This document shows positions 1 through 9,624 of a DNA stretch of 64,000 nt, one piece after another. Below the pieces are notes generated by a model, which was not told where the DNA came from, made no database searches, and saw only the letters and a program-made list of their open reading frames with translations. Location: assembly GCA_026707405.1 (NCBI GenBank), contig JAPOWW010000004.1, positions 213,181 to 277,180 on the forward strand. The letters are read 5' to 3'. The DNA comes from Chloroflexota bacterium. Its GTDB lineage: Bacteria > Chloroflexota > UBA11872 > VXNJ01. A program made the position numbers and the translations under genes. How positions within the stretch are numbered: position 1 is the first letter of the stretch; each line of letters opens with the position of its first letter.

Positions 1-648
1 GTAAGGAGCGGTGAATCTGGCGGCGACCGAGGCCAGTTCGACCAGTTCGTCGGTATCGGCAAAGCCGCAGGGATAGTAATCGAGTCCCGTGGACAGGGCG
101 ACGGCTCCCTGCTCGAAGGACTCGGCCGTCAGGGCTTGCATAGCCTTCATTTCGTCGTTGGTCGCGGGGCGGTCCTCGAATCCGATGACTTCCGCTCGTA
201 TACACCCGTGAGGGACCATCGCCGCCACGTTGGCGGAGGTCGTTCCGTCGAACTCCGAAAGGAACTCGTCGATGCTCGACCAGCTCCAGTCGCGCCCCAG
301 CTCTCCACTGAGTCCGGCCCAGTAGCAGTGCATCTTCTCGATGTTTTCACGTGACAAAGGCGCATAGCCGATGCCGTCGAGTCCGATCAAGTCGGTTGTG
401 ACCCCTTGGTGGACCTTAGGCATGTGGTCGGGCGCCGCGAGCGCCTGGAGATCGGAGTGAGTGTGAACGTCGATGAATCCGGGACACACGACGCGTCCGC
501 CGGCGTCAATCTCACGGGCCGCAGTTCCCTGGAACCCGCCGATAAACTCGATGCGGTCGCCCGCTATGGCGACATCACTGCGGAACCAGGACATCCCAGT
601 CCCATCCACGACGTGACCGTCGCGAATAACAAGGTCGATGCCAGCCAG
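1..648 (-). CDS. amidohydrolase-superfamily N-acyl-D-amino-acid deacylase (D-aminoacylase)-like protein, N-terminal portion; gene runs off the window start
   Basis: Minus-strand translation LAGIDLVIRDGHVVDGTG...GRVVCPGFIDVHTHSD (HxH metal-binding motif of amidohydrolases) ...GLDYYPCGFADTDELVELASVAARFTAPY, open to position 1. In-frame TAG at 649-651 is followed directly by CTG. No ATG/GTG/TTG precedes the conserved N-terminus, so the start codon is unresolved. Confidence 0.6.
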   Translation of the reverse strand, partial: MAGIDLVIRDGHVVDGTGMSWFRSDVAIAGDRIEFIGGFQGTAAREIDAGGRVVCPGFIDVHTHSDLQALAAPDHMPKVHQGVTTDLIGLDGIGYAPLSRENIEKMHCYWAGLSGELGRDWSWSSIDEFLSEFDGTTSANVAAMVPHGCIRAEVIGFEDRPATNDEMKAMQALTAESFEQGAVALSTGLDYYPCGFADTDELVELASVAARFTAPY

Positions 649-838
649 CTAAATCACCTCCTGTGATGACGCGCATGACGTCATCCGCCCAGCGTTCGCT
701 CCAGCTTAACCCGCTGCTTTACATCTGAACCGGTAGAGGCCGCACATTAACTCGAACTCCGCAGTTGACAGTTTCCCCTACTCGCAGTCCGCTTGCGCTC
801 GGACCGCATGCGGGGCTTAGCTGTTTTTAGATGACGGC

Positions 839-2461
839 CTAGACCATTCGGCGATACGAATCGAAGTTGACCGGGCACTCGATGAGCGCGGAGCGGCCGC
901 GGTGCAGGTGTTCGGTCACGCTTCGCTCCAGCGCTTGGGCCGACTCGACCCTCACTCCGTCGATGCCGAGGCTCCTGGCGAGCGCGGCGTAATCGGGCGT
1001 CCCGAAATCGTTATGGGAGCCGTCTAGGGACGAGTCCTCGGCTTTCAACCGGATGAGCCCCAAGGATGAATCGACGGCCACGATCACGATTACGGCAGCT
1101 TGCGAGCGCGCCAGGGTTTCGAGCTCGCCGGCGCACATGAGCAATCCCCCGTCGCCGACCATTGACACGACCGGAGCCCCCTCCAGGTGCATTGATGCCG
1201 AGGTTGCGGCCGGAAGGCCGTAACCCATGGTAGAGAGTCCATTGGAAACCAGAAAAGTGTTGGGTTCGTAGGACGGCCAATACTGGCAGATAACGAGCTT
1301 CAGCATTCCGACATCGCAAGTAACCGGGGTGTCCCGGGGAACGGCGCGACGTATCGCGGCAAGCGCCTGATTCGGGTCCATTCCTACCGTGGTCAGCGAA
1401 CGTCTGCCCGCCTCGTCCGGTTCTCTTCCACGTACCTGACGCAAGGATTGATTCCGCGCCAGGGAGGCTCGCTCGATGCCGTCCCCCGTGCCGTTCGAGG
1501 CTTTGGCAAGCTCCGTCAGCGTCGCGCCGACGTCGCAAACGTGATGTTCGCTCGGGTAGGCCGTGTCGGGTGTCGGGTTTTCGGAGAGGCTCACGACCGG
1601 ACCGAACCGCCAGGGACGGATGAAGTCCGATCCGTCGAGACCTACGCCAAGCGTGAGTCCTGATTCGGACAGCAGACGCTCGACCCCGCCGGATCCGTAG
1701 GACGCGTAGACGCCCGCGTACAGGTCGGCGTCTGACCGATACCATCCCTTGGCCTTGGGGGTGAGCACCACGGGTACGCCCCACCGGCTTGCGAAGTCAG
1801 CACTCGCCGCAGCCACGTCGGCATTACGCGCTCCCAATCCGAGCATCAGGACGGGGTTCTCCGCGGAGCTCATTCTGTCCACGAGCTGACCGGCCACGGA
1901 CTCGACCCCGTTCGCTGCCGCGTGGATTGGTACTTCGTCCCATTTTCTGCGCTCGACCTGCGTGACCGCATCGGCGGCGGAGAGCATCAGGCAGGATGGA
2001 CCTTGCGGCCCGGCCATCGCCGCGCCCCATGCCTGTGGAAGGATCGAATGGACGTTTTCCGGTGTGATTCGAGCGGCGAGCTTGGAGACCGGATCGAAAA
2101 GCCGGACCAGGTCGAGGGTCATGTGAGTCCAGCTATCGCGCACTTCGGACGCCATGTCTCCGATCAGCGCCAGGAGCGGTGTTCGCTCCAGGTAGGAGTT
2201 GGCTACTCCGTTGACCATATTGGTAGCCCCGGGGCCGACGGTGGAGATGCATACGCCCGGTCTCCCGGCGAGTTGGGATTCGGCGTCGGCCATGTAGGCC
2301 GCGCATGATTCATGGTGCGTGAGAACGAAGTCGATTCCCACTCGCTCGGTCGCGCTTATGAGGTCGGTGACCTCGCCACCGGTCAGCCCGTAAGTTCGGG
2401 CGACATTGTTCGTCTTGAGAAAGGCCGCAACGGCTTCGGCGACTGTCCAGGTGTCCGGCAT
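839..2461 (-). CDS. thiamine pyrophosphate-dependent enzyme, acetolactate synthase large subunit (IlvB)-like
   Basis: 540 aa. N-terminal TPP-enzyme Pyr domain (GLTGGEVTDLI...THHESCAAYMA...GPGATNMVNGVANS). C-terminal TPP-binding motif GDGGLLMCAGELETLA...VIVIVAVDSSLG. Confidence 0.75.
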   Translation of the reverse strand: MPDTWTVAEAVAAFLKTNNVARTYGLTGGEVTDLISATERVGIDFVLTHHESCAAYMADAESQLAGRPGVCISTVGPGATNMVNGVANSYLERTPLLALIGDMASEVRDSWTHMTLDLVRLFDPVSKLAARITPENVHSILPQAWGAAMAGPQGPSCLMLSAADAVTQVERRKWDEVPIHAAANGVESVAGQLVDRMSSAENPVLMLGLGARNADVAAASADFASRWGVPVVLTPKAKGWYRSDADLYAGVYASYGSGGVERLLSESGLTLGVGLDGSDFIRPWRFGPVVSLSENPTPDTAYPSEHHVCDVGATLTELAKASNGTGDGIERASLARNQSLRQVRGREPDEAGRRSLTTVGMDPNQALAAIRRAVPRDTPVTCDVGMLKLVICQYWPSYEPNTFLVSNGLSTMGYGLPAATSASMHLEGAPVVSMVGDGGLLMCAGELETLARSQAAVIVIVAVDSSLGLIRLKAEDSSLDGSHNDFGTPDYAALARSLGIDGVRVESAQALERSVTEHLHRGRSALIECPVNFDSYRRMV

Positions 2462-2717
2462 TCAACTAACCGCCCGGTGACGGAAGATGTTTCAATCGGG
2501 ACTCATGGCGAGGATATGAAGTGCAAAAAGCGGTGTCAAAGGAGAGCACAATCCGTCGCTATAATCGGCCGATCAATGTTGCGGAGGTTTCGCCTGATAC
2601 AGAGTTCGGACGTGGAAGGTCCCAACAGCCGCTCCACGGGACCGTTGAATCTGTCCCGCCCGCTTTTCGTGCTACACCTTTGACGGTTCTCACTCGACAC
2701 GCAGACGTCGCGGCATA

Positions 2718-3452
2718 TTGAGTTCGGACGAAGACAAGTCTGTCCGACGTCCGGTTATCACGATAGACGGCCCGGTCGGAGCCGGTAAGACCACGGTGGC
2801 TGAGCTAGTCTCCTCAGCGCTGGGCTTCTTGTTTGTCGATACGGGCCTCTTCTACCGCGCCGTCGCGTGGCTGATGCTGCGACGGGGACTGGACCCCGGC
2901 GACGAAACTGCGGCGGCGGAGGTGGCGAGCGGGCTCGATCTGGAGTTGAAGAGGACCGTGCCCGGCGCGGTACGGCAGATGGTGGTCATCAACGGAATCG
3001 AAGCCACTGACGAGCTTTATTCGCCCGAAGTGGAGAGCGCGGTGTCGATAGTTGCGCGGAGTCCCAAGGTGAGAAAAGCCTTGCTGCCCAAACAGCGGGC
3101 GATGCTTCGGTCGGGTGGAGTGGTGGTGGCCGGACGCGACATCGGCACCGTTATCTGGCCGGAAGCCGAGCTAAAAGCCTATCTCGACGCGAGTGTCGCC
3201 GAACGTGCGCGCAGGAAATACGACGAAAGGGTTCATACGGACGGCACGGCTGACTACGACGAGATTCTCGGCCTGCTCCAAAAGCGGGACCGCATCGACA
3301 GCGGCAGAGAAGTCTCGCCTCTACGAATTCCCGAGGGGGCCGAATATATCGACACGGACGAAATGTCGGCCGAAGCGGTTGCGGAAGTCATCATCGGTAG
3401 CCTCGTCCGGAAAGTTAGAGTCAAGCCCGCAAAGTCCATAGCGTTCGACTAG
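2718..3452 (+). CDS. cmk: cytidylate kinase
   Basis: P-loop ITIDGPVGAGKTT near the N-terminus. Overall Cmk-like length and motifs. TTG start as given by the ORF track; exact start uncertain. Confidence 0.8.
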   Translation: MSSDEDKSVRRPVITIDGPVGAGKTTVAELVSSALGFLFVDTGLFYRAVAWLMLRRGLDPGDETAAAEVASGLDLELKRTVPGAVRQMVVINGIEATDELYSPEVESAVSIVARSPKVRKALLPKQRAMLRSGGVVVAGRDIGTVIWPEAELKAYLDASVAERARRKYDERVHTDGTADYDEILGLLQKRDRIDSGREVSPLRIPEGAEYIDTDEMSAEAVAEVIIGSLVRKVRVKPAKSIAFD

Positions 3453-3497
3453 GCAGTCAACCAGTGCGATCCTTCGACCGTTGAGCCGCCGTGATTG

Positions 3498-4220
3498 TCA
3501 GTCGTAGACTCCAGACGGCGCCAGGGCTGGAGTGCCGGGCGCGGGTCTGCGCTCGGGTGGCAAAATCTCCGCAATGCTGTCTTGCAGCAGCTTGGCGAGG
3601 TCCTCCAGGTCCTGCTGGCTATGTCCCCGATCTTTCCAGCGGCGCAGGTCGATGGAACGATGCACTATCACGCGGATTTTTCTGGGGCGCGGCCATAGCA
3701 TGTGAGGGGACATGGACTCGTAAGCTCCGACTACGGCCACCGGAAACACCGGCATACCCGCACGCGCGGCGCGGGCGGCCAGCTTAACGACTACGCTGTT
3801 CAATGGTCCCAGCCGGCCGGTCCGGCTGCGGCGTCCCTGGGCGGCAATACATATTCCGCGTTTGGACCTTAAGACGTGGAGCAGATTTCGCAGCGGCGCT
3901 ACGTCTCGTCCGTCACGCGTCACCGGGATCATCCCCCGAGCCCTCATCAGCGCGCCGATTACGGGTATTTTGAAGACCGAAGCTTTCATGGCCGTGACGG
4001 ACTTTGGTTTATAGGGGTCCATTACGAAGAGCGCGATAGTGTCGAGATAGCTGAAATGGCTGGTCAGCGCTATGTAGGGCGGCTCTTTTGGCGCCTCGGG
4101 ATGGAATTCGACTTCCATGCGGTGATACAGCCGCATGTACGCGCCCAGGATGGCCCTGATCGCGAGATAGTAGAACGGCTCTTTTCTGGGTGTGAGGACC
4201 GGAGTTGCCATCAGGGGCAC
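3498..4220 (-). CDS. plsC: 1-acyl-sn-glycerol-3-phosphate acyltransferase
   Basis: HX4D acyltransferase motif (TSHFSYLDTIAL). Second conserved block AAQGRRSRTG resembles the PEGTRS motif. 240 aa. Confidence 0.7.
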   Translation of the reverse strand: MPLMATPVLTPRKEPFYYLAIRAILGAYMRLYHRMEVEFHPEAPKEPPYIALTSHFSYLDTIALFVMDPYKPKSVTAMKASVFKIPVIGALMRARGMIPVTRDGRDVAPLRNLLHVLRSKRGICIAAQGRRSRTGRLGPLNSVVVKLAARAARAGMPVFPVAVVGAYESMSPHMLWPRPRKIRVIVHRSIDLRRWKDRGHSQQDLEDLAKLLQDSIAEILPPERRPAPGTPALAPSGVYD

Positions 4221-4412
4221 AGTCTAATGGGCGGCACACGCCCACCGCATTTGGCTAATGAGCGGATTCGAGTCGATGACGGAGTCTGTAGACCATCTCC
4301 GGTGTCCAACTTCCACTCCGACAGGCGATAATCAGATGGGCCTATCGCCCCTGGTTGATGCATCGATACTCCGCCCTGAGCTTGAGGCGTTAGACACCAT
4401 GATCAGATCCAG

Positions 4413-5744
4413 ATGACTTCAGCTACTCCTCCGATAGTTGCCCTTGTTGGCCGCCCCAATGTCGGCAAGTCGACCCTGTTCAACAGGATGATTGGAGCCA
4501 GGCGCGCGGTGGTCGAGGACGAACCGGGGACGACGCGCGACCGGTCGTATGGAACGCTGGAATGGAACGACGGCACGTTTCTAGTGGTGGATACCGCAGG
4601 CCTTCACGCACGCGGGCTGGATGAGGTGGCTATCGCAGCGGAAGACCAGGCCAGGATAGCTGTCGATCAAGCCGACCTGTTGGTTATGGTCGTGGACGTG
4701 ACGACATCGATAACCGATCAGGACGCGACAGTGGCCTCCGTGCTGCGAAAGAGCGGGAAACCGGTGGTGCTCGCGGTTAACAAATGCGACTCGAATCAGC
4801 GGGCCGAGCTGGTTTCGGAGTTCCACCGGCTGGGCATGGGAGAGCCGGTTCCGGTCTCGGCCTATCACGGAAACGGGGTCTTCGAGCTGATCGACCGCAT
4901 GGTGAAGGAAATACCGGAATATCCACGTGAGGAGGACGATGCCCCGCGGCCTCCCCATCTCGCGATAGTCGGCCGTCCCAATGCGGGAAAGTCCTCGCTG
5001 TTTAACCGGCTGCTCGGCGCCGAGCGCTCGCTGATAAGCGACGTTCCCGGAACTACGAGAGACTCGATAGACACCGAAATGTCTTATCGCGGCGAGCGTG
5101 TTGTTCTGGTGGATACGGCCGGCCTGCGCCGCAAAGGGCGCGTAACCCAAGGCGTGGAGAGGCATTCGGTCCTTCGCGCGCTGGCGTCGGTGCGCCGTTG
5201 CGACGTTTGCCTGCTCGTAATTGACGCCGCCGAAGGCGTGACCGATCAAGACGCGCACATAGCCGGCTACGCGCTGGAGTCGATGCGCGGACTTGCGATA
5301 GTGATATCCAAGTGGGACCTCATGCCCAAGGACAGTCCACGCCTCGCGCAGTTCGAGGAAGAGCTGACTTACAAGTTCAGGTTTATCGGTCACGCTCCGA
5401 TAGTCAAGACCTCCTCAGTCACGGGACTGAACGTGGGCCGGGTGATTCCAACCGGGCTTCAGGTTTTTGAAAGGACCCGCGTCCAGATCCCGACGAGCGA
5501 GCTAAATCGATATTTGCTAGATCGGGCGGCGAGACGAACGCCGCCGAGCCGCCGAGGGCGAATCACCAGGCTTCGATACTCAACTCAGACCGGAACGAAC
5601 CCGCCGACCTTCCGACTCTTCTTCTCGGATCCCAGAGGCATTCCCAGGGCCTACGTTCGCTATCTTGAGAACGGATTGCGTGAACAATTCGGCCTGCAGG
5701 GCGCGGCGGTTAGAATGGTCGTGCGTGGGGCGAAAGGTAGTTAA
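4413..5744 (+). CDS. der: ribosome-biogenesis GTPase Der (EngA), two tandem GTPase domains
   Basis: Two G1 motifs, GRPNVGKST and GRPNAGKSS, each followed by DTAG. C-terminal KH-like domain. 443 aa. Confidence 0.9.
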   Translation: MTSATPPIVALVGRPNVGKSTLFNRMIGARRAVVEDEPGTTRDRSYGTLEWNDGTFLVVDTAGLHARGLDEVAIAAEDQARIAVDQADLLVMVVDVTTSITDQDATVASVLRKSGKPVVLAVNKCDSNQRAELVSEFHRLGMGEPVPVSAYHGNGVFELIDRMVKEIPEYPREEDDAPRPPHLAIVGRPNAGKSSLFNRLLGAERSLISDVPGTTRDSIDTEMSYRGERVVLVDTAGLRRKGRVTQGVERHSVLRALASVRRCDVCLLVIDAAEGVTDQDAHIAGYALESMRGLAIVISKWDLMPKDSPRLAQFEEELTYKFRFIGHAPIVKTSSVTGLNVGRVIPTGLQVFERTRVQIPTSELNRYLLDRAARRTPPSRRGRITRLRYSTQTGTNPPTFRLFFSDPRGIPRAYVRYLENGLREQFGLQGAAVRMVVRGAKGS

Positions 5745-5774
5745 CCTGGCATTCTTGCCGGTGGGGCCGGTGGC

Positions 5775-6449
5775 ATGAGTGTTTTCGAGATTTTGCTGGC
5801 TATTGCGTTCCTGATTCTGTCCTATCTGGTCGGCTCCATTCCGGTCGGGTATTTGCTCGGGCGCCACTTTGCCGACAAGGACGTATTTGCCCACGGCAGC
5901 GGCAGCATGGGCATGACCAACGTCATACGCGTTCTCGGGCTGAGGGCCGGAGTCTTCGTTCTTTCCTCCGATTTGCTCAAGGGGGCGATTCCGGCGCTGG
6001 TCGTTGGGCTCGCCATGCCCAACCATCCGGAGATCCAGGCGCTGGCCGGCGTGGCCGCGGTTGCGGGGCATAGCTGGTCGGTATGGGTCGGCTTCAAGGG
6101 AGGCAAAGGACTTCTCACGGGCCTCGGTGCGGTGATTGTTATTTTCCCCACCGTGTTAATCGTGGCCGCGCCCATTGGAATCACATTGATAGTTGTCGTC
6201 AGGTACGTTTCGCTTGGATCGATCGGCGCGACTGTCGTCGCATTTGCGAGTGGAATCGTTTGGTACGTTTCAGGCTTATGGACATCCGTATGGGGACTCG
6301 TTTACGTAGGGCTCGCCGGCGCACTTATCCTCTGGCAGCACCGATCAAACATGCTTCGGCTCGCGCACGGCACCGAGTCGAGATTGGCTGCGTGGCCGAC
6401 ATACCGCCGGTCGCGGAGCAGCGAGCCAGACGAGCCGACCGGTCCCTAA
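5775..6449 (+). CDS. plsY: glycerol-3-phosphate acyltransferase PlsY
   Basis: Polytopic membrane protein with the GSGSMGMTNV (GSGNxGxTN-type) PlsY signature. Located immediately downstream of der, as in many bacteria. Confidence 0.85.
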   Translation: MSVFEILLAIAFLILSYLVGSIPVGYLLGRHFADKDVFAHGSGSMGMTNVIRVLGLRAGVFVLSSDLLKGAIPALVVGLAMPNHPEIQALAGVAAVAGHSWSVWVGFKGGKGLLTGLGAVIVIFPTVLIVAAPIGITLIVVVRYVSLGSIGATVVAFASGIVWYVSGLWTSVWGLVYVGLAGALILWQHRSNMLRLAHGTESRLAAWPTYRRSRSSEPDEPTGP

Positions 6450-6483
6450 ACCTGAACGTATTTCGGGGTTATCCGGGACTGTA

Positions 6484-7053
6484 GTGGCCGAGCGTAAGTC
6501 ACCGCCTGCCGGCGACGATTCTACGGCGACGCACTGCACGGTCCACTTGGACCGGGAGACTCTCCTGACGTGCATCAGGTGCGAACGCTCGTATTGCCGT
6601 GAGTGCATGGAGCACGTCGAAGCCGGGCTGATTTGCCACGAGTGCCTGGGCCTGCCGCCGCCGGAAGTCCAGCGTCGGAATCTCGCTATTCGCGAAGTCG
6701 TGTTCCTGACGGGTATCGCCTCGATATTCGGACTCGTGCAGCTTCTACTGTCCGCTCTCGGCCCGATTCCAATGATGCTGATCGGAGCGTTGGCCGGATG
6801 GCTGATGGGCCGCCGCCTTCGCGGTCAATGGCAGCGCGGTCTCCGGTCGGACGTATTTATGCTCGGGGCCGGCGGCGCGTTGGCTGGGACGATACTCGCC
6901 GCCATGGTGGTCGCCGGTCTGGGCGGGCTCGGCATCATCTCACTTGGAGGCGGCTCGGGCGGCCTGGGAGTCACAATAGCGCTGGTCTTGCAATCGACGT
7001 TCTATCTGGTCGGGACGATTGCCGGGCTTTTGTGGTCGGTATCCAGACGTTGA
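6484..7053 (+). CDS. zinc-ribbon domain membrane protein of unknown function
   Basis: N-terminal CxxC...CxxC...CxxC cluster (CTVHLDRETLLTCIRCERSYCRECMEHVEAGLICHEC), then 3-4 Gly/Ala/Leu-rich transmembrane helices. GTG start. TGA stop at 7051-7053 lies 1 nt before the recX GTG. Confidence 0.5.
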   Translation: MAERKSPPAGDDSTATHCTVHLDRETLLTCIRCERSYCRECMEHVEAGLICHECLGLPPPEVQRRNLAIREVVFLTGIASIFGLVQLLLSALGPIPMMLIGALAGWLMGRRLRGQWQRGLRSDVFMLGAGGALAGTILAAMVVAGLGGLGIISLGGGSGGLGVTIALVLQSTFYLVGTIAGLLWSVSRR

Positions 7054-7054
7054 A

Positions 7055-7699
7055 GTGCCCGTAGTAACGGGTTATAGCTACAAAAAGTCCCGGCGCGGTT
7101 GGGTCAGGGTGGAGTTGGACGACGGTTCATATGTATCGCTCCGTCGCGATGTCTTCGGTGAGGAAGGCTACCAAACCAACGAGGAGGTTCCGTGGGATCG
7201 CCTGCGCGACGCGGTACTGGAAAGCGAGACCAGACATGCCAAAGCCGTGGCCTACCGGTTTCTGAGCGAGCGTCCCCGAACCGTCAAGGAGATGACCGAC
7301 CGGCTCGCCAAGGAAGACTTGGGAACGAAATCAATCGAAGCGGTAGTTGCGGATCTCACTCGAAGCGGATATCTGGATGACGAGCAGTTCGCCCGATTGT
7401 GGGCCGAGAGCCGAGCAAACAACCGACCGAGGGGGCGCAGGGCCATTTCAGCGGAGCTCAGGAAGCTCGGAGTGGCCAGGGAAACTATCGAATATGTGCT
7501 GGATTCGTACTATCCCGATGATGGAGACCTTGTACGAAAGGTTGCCGTCCGCCGCGCGGAGTCGTTGCATCATCTGGACAGAGCGACTTTCCGGCGGCGG
7601 CTTGCGGGCTACTTGTCGAGACGCGGTTTCGACTATGGGACCGTGGCCCCGCTCTTGGACGAGCTATGGGAAGAATCGCCCGATTCGGAATTCGACTAG
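7055..7699 (+). CDS. recX: recombination regulator RecX
   Basis: RecX three-repeat helical pattern (AYRFLSERPRTVKEMTDRL..., LDDEQFARLWAESR..., ISAELRKLGV...). The ORF-track start (ATG 7019) overlaps the upstream gene. In-frame GTG at 7055, right after the upstream stop, gives a typical RecX length. Confidence 0.75.
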   Translation: MPVVTGYSYKKSRRGWVRVELDDGSYVSLRRDVFGEEGYQTNEEVPWDRLRDAVLESETRHAKAVAYRFLSERPRTVKEMTDRLAKEDLGTKSIEAVVADLTRSGYLDDEQFARLWAESRANNRPRGRRAISAELRKLGVARETIEYVLDSYYPDDGDLVRKVAVRRAESLHHLDRATFRRRLAGYLSRRGFDYGTVAPLLDELWEESPDSEFD

Positions 7700-9243
7700 C
7701 CAGCGACGAGCGCCCTTAGCTCCTCGATCACCTCGGGGATTTCCCCCGGCAAGTCGTCGGCGATAGCTCCGGCAGCTCCCAGCCTGTCGCCCGTTTTCTG
7801 ACCTGCAAGAGTGTGGATCAGCACTCCCAACCGCGCCGCCGGGGCGGGCTTGAGCCCTTGAGCCAGCAACGATCCGATCACTCCGGCAAGCACGTCGCCG
7901 CTGCCGGCGTGCGAGAGCGCCGGGACTGCCCAGGGACATACCACGTACGAACCGTCCGGCTCGGCCACAATCGATCCCGCTCCCTTAAGTACGACGACCT
8001 GTCCTAGCAGCCTTGCCCCCTCAAGCGCCGAGGCAAGCCGGTTGCGCTGGACCTGAATCGCGCTCGTGCCGAGCAAACGTCCCATCTCGCCCGGATGCGG
8101 GGTCACCACCAGGCTGGCCCGGCATGAAGCCAGCGTTCCGGGAGCGGGCGCACACGCATTGAGAGCGTCCGCGTCGACGACCATCGGCGTGTGGTCGGAC
8201 GCCGCTCGTATAAGCGATCTCGTGAATTCATCCGTTTCGCGGTTTCTGCCAAGTCCCGGGCCGACAACCGCGGCGTCGGCGGTCTCAATCGACTTGGCGA
8301 CCGCGTCCGAGTTGATCGCGGCGATATAGCCATCGACCTCGACAAGGTTTTCGTATGTGACGCTGCTGGTGCGTGCGGCACTTGCGGCTATGACAGGTTC
8401 GATCGATGCTAGCGACTCCATCCCGGCTCCGGTGCGAGCGGCCCCCAGGCAGGCAAGCACGGCGGCGCCGCGATAGCTTCGACACCCCGCCGCGATCAAC
8501 ACTTTCCCGTACGTACCTTTATGCCCAGTGGCCGTCCTCTCCGGAAGAGAGTTCGCTTCCTCTTCGGGCCGCAGTATTCGGCCTCGCAGTTCCGACAGGG
8601 ACTTCTCCGGTAGTCCGATGTCCGTTTCCACGAGGCGACCGCTTTTTGCCTGCGCGGGATGCAAGAGGGAGCCGACCTTTATCGGACCTGTGGCCACGGT
8701 GACATCGGCGGAGAAGGCGTTCTCGTCCGCAGCGCCTGTGTCGGCGTCGGTCCCCGACGCAACGTCACAGGCGACCCGGAGCGGTCCCGTTAGACCATCG
8801 ATTTCCTCAAGAATCCGCTGGACTTGACCGCGTAGTGGCGGCGAGCTGCCGATCCCCAACAGGCAATCGACAACGATATCTGCGTTGGCCGCGCAACGTC
8901 GGGCAAGGCCGGGTGAAAATACGATTATTCTTGCGCCGGCCTGGGCCGCGGCCTCAACAAGAGGATCGGATTCGCGGGGCCGGGATACTACTATCGTCAC
9001 CAACGCTCGGGCGCGTGCCATGTGTCGAGCGATAACCAGACCGTCGCCGCCGTTGTCCCCGGGTCCTGCCAATACCACCGCGGACTTTCCCGAAAGCCCG
9101 TTCGCCCGGGTCGATATCTCACGGAAGACGGCTGCTCCGGCGTTTTCCATAAGCCGCCCCTCGGCAATGCCGGCGCTCATGGCCGCGGCCTCCAGCTTGC
9201 GCATTTCCGAGATTGTGCAAACTCTTTCAGGGGCGGTGGTCAT
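7696..9243 (-). CDS. nnr: bifunctional NAD(P)H-hydrate repair enzyme Nnr (YjeF-N epimerase + YjeF-C ADP-dependent dehydratase)
   Basis: YjeF-N motif AGPGDNGGDGLV. C-terminal carbohydrate-kinase-like domain with GAGDVLAG. ATGA overlap with the acpS stop at 9240-9243. Confidence 0.85.
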   Translation of the reverse strand: MTTAPERVCTISEMRKLEAAAMSAGIAEGRLMENAGAAVFREISTRANGLSGKSAVVLAGPGDNGGDGLVIARHMARARALVTIVVSRPRESDPLVEAAAQAGARIIVFSPGLARRCAANADIVVDCLLGIGSSPPLRGQVQRILEEIDGLTGPLRVACDVASGTDADTGAADENAFSADVTVATGPIKVGSLLHPAQAKSGRLVETDIGLPEKSLSELRGRILRPEEEANSLPERTATGHKGTYGKVLIAAGCRSYRGAAVLACLGAARTGAGMESLASIEPVIAASAARTSSVTYENLVEVDGYIAAINSDAVAKSIETADAAVVGPGLGRNRETDEFTRSLIRAASDHTPMVVDADALNACAPAPGTLASCRASLVVTPHPGEMGRLLGTSAIQVQRNRLASALEGARLLGQVVVLKGAGSIVAEPDGSYVVCPWAVPALSHAGSGDVLAGVIGSLLAQGLKPAPAARLGVLIHTLAGQKTGDRLGAAGAIADDLPGEIPEVIEELRALVAG

Positions 9244-9611
9244 TTTGGTTTCGTGTTCCCGACCACCATGGCGATCGCCAGGTGCCTTGCATGAGTAAGG
9301 CTGATTGCAAGGTCTTCGATCCCTAAAGTTCGCGCGCGCTCTTTCGCCGCTCCGTGAAGCCGAACGTGCGGCTTGCCACGCCTGTCGGGCACGACTTCCA
9401 TCTCACGCCAACGAATCCCACGCAGACCCGTGCCGAGCGCTTTCGAGATCGCCTCTTTCGCGGCGAACCGGGCCGCCAGCTCGCGCGCGCGGCCCCTGCA
9501 ATAGCGTATTTCGCCCGGAGTGTATATACGGTTGAGGAAACGCTGACCGTGACGCTCAAGCACGCCTTCGATCCGTTCGATTTCTATGGCATCGACGCCG
9601 GTGGTCAGCAA
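9240..9611 (-). CDS. acpS: holo-[acyl-carrier-protein] synthase
   Basis: LTTGVDAIEIERIE...FAAKEAISKALGTG...ISLTHARHLAIAMVV matches the AcpS family. The ORF track extends it to 9695, overlapping the upstream gene. In-frame TTG at 9611 gives MLTTGVDAIEIERIE, the canonical AcpS N-terminus (124 aa). Confidence 0.8.
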   Translation of the reverse strand: MLTTGVDAIEIERIEGVLERHGQRFLNRIYTPGEIRYCRGRARELAARFAAKEAISKALGTGLRGIRWREMEVVPDRRGKPHVRLHGAAKERARTLGIEDLAISLTHARHLAIAMVVGNTKPK

Positions 9612-9624
9612 GGCAGTGCCACGG

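Noticed and set aside
2560-2565. Perfect TATAAT hexamer about 150 bp upstream of cmk
   Set aside because: No acceptable -35 element at 16-19 bp spacing, so a promoter cannot be supported from sequence alone.
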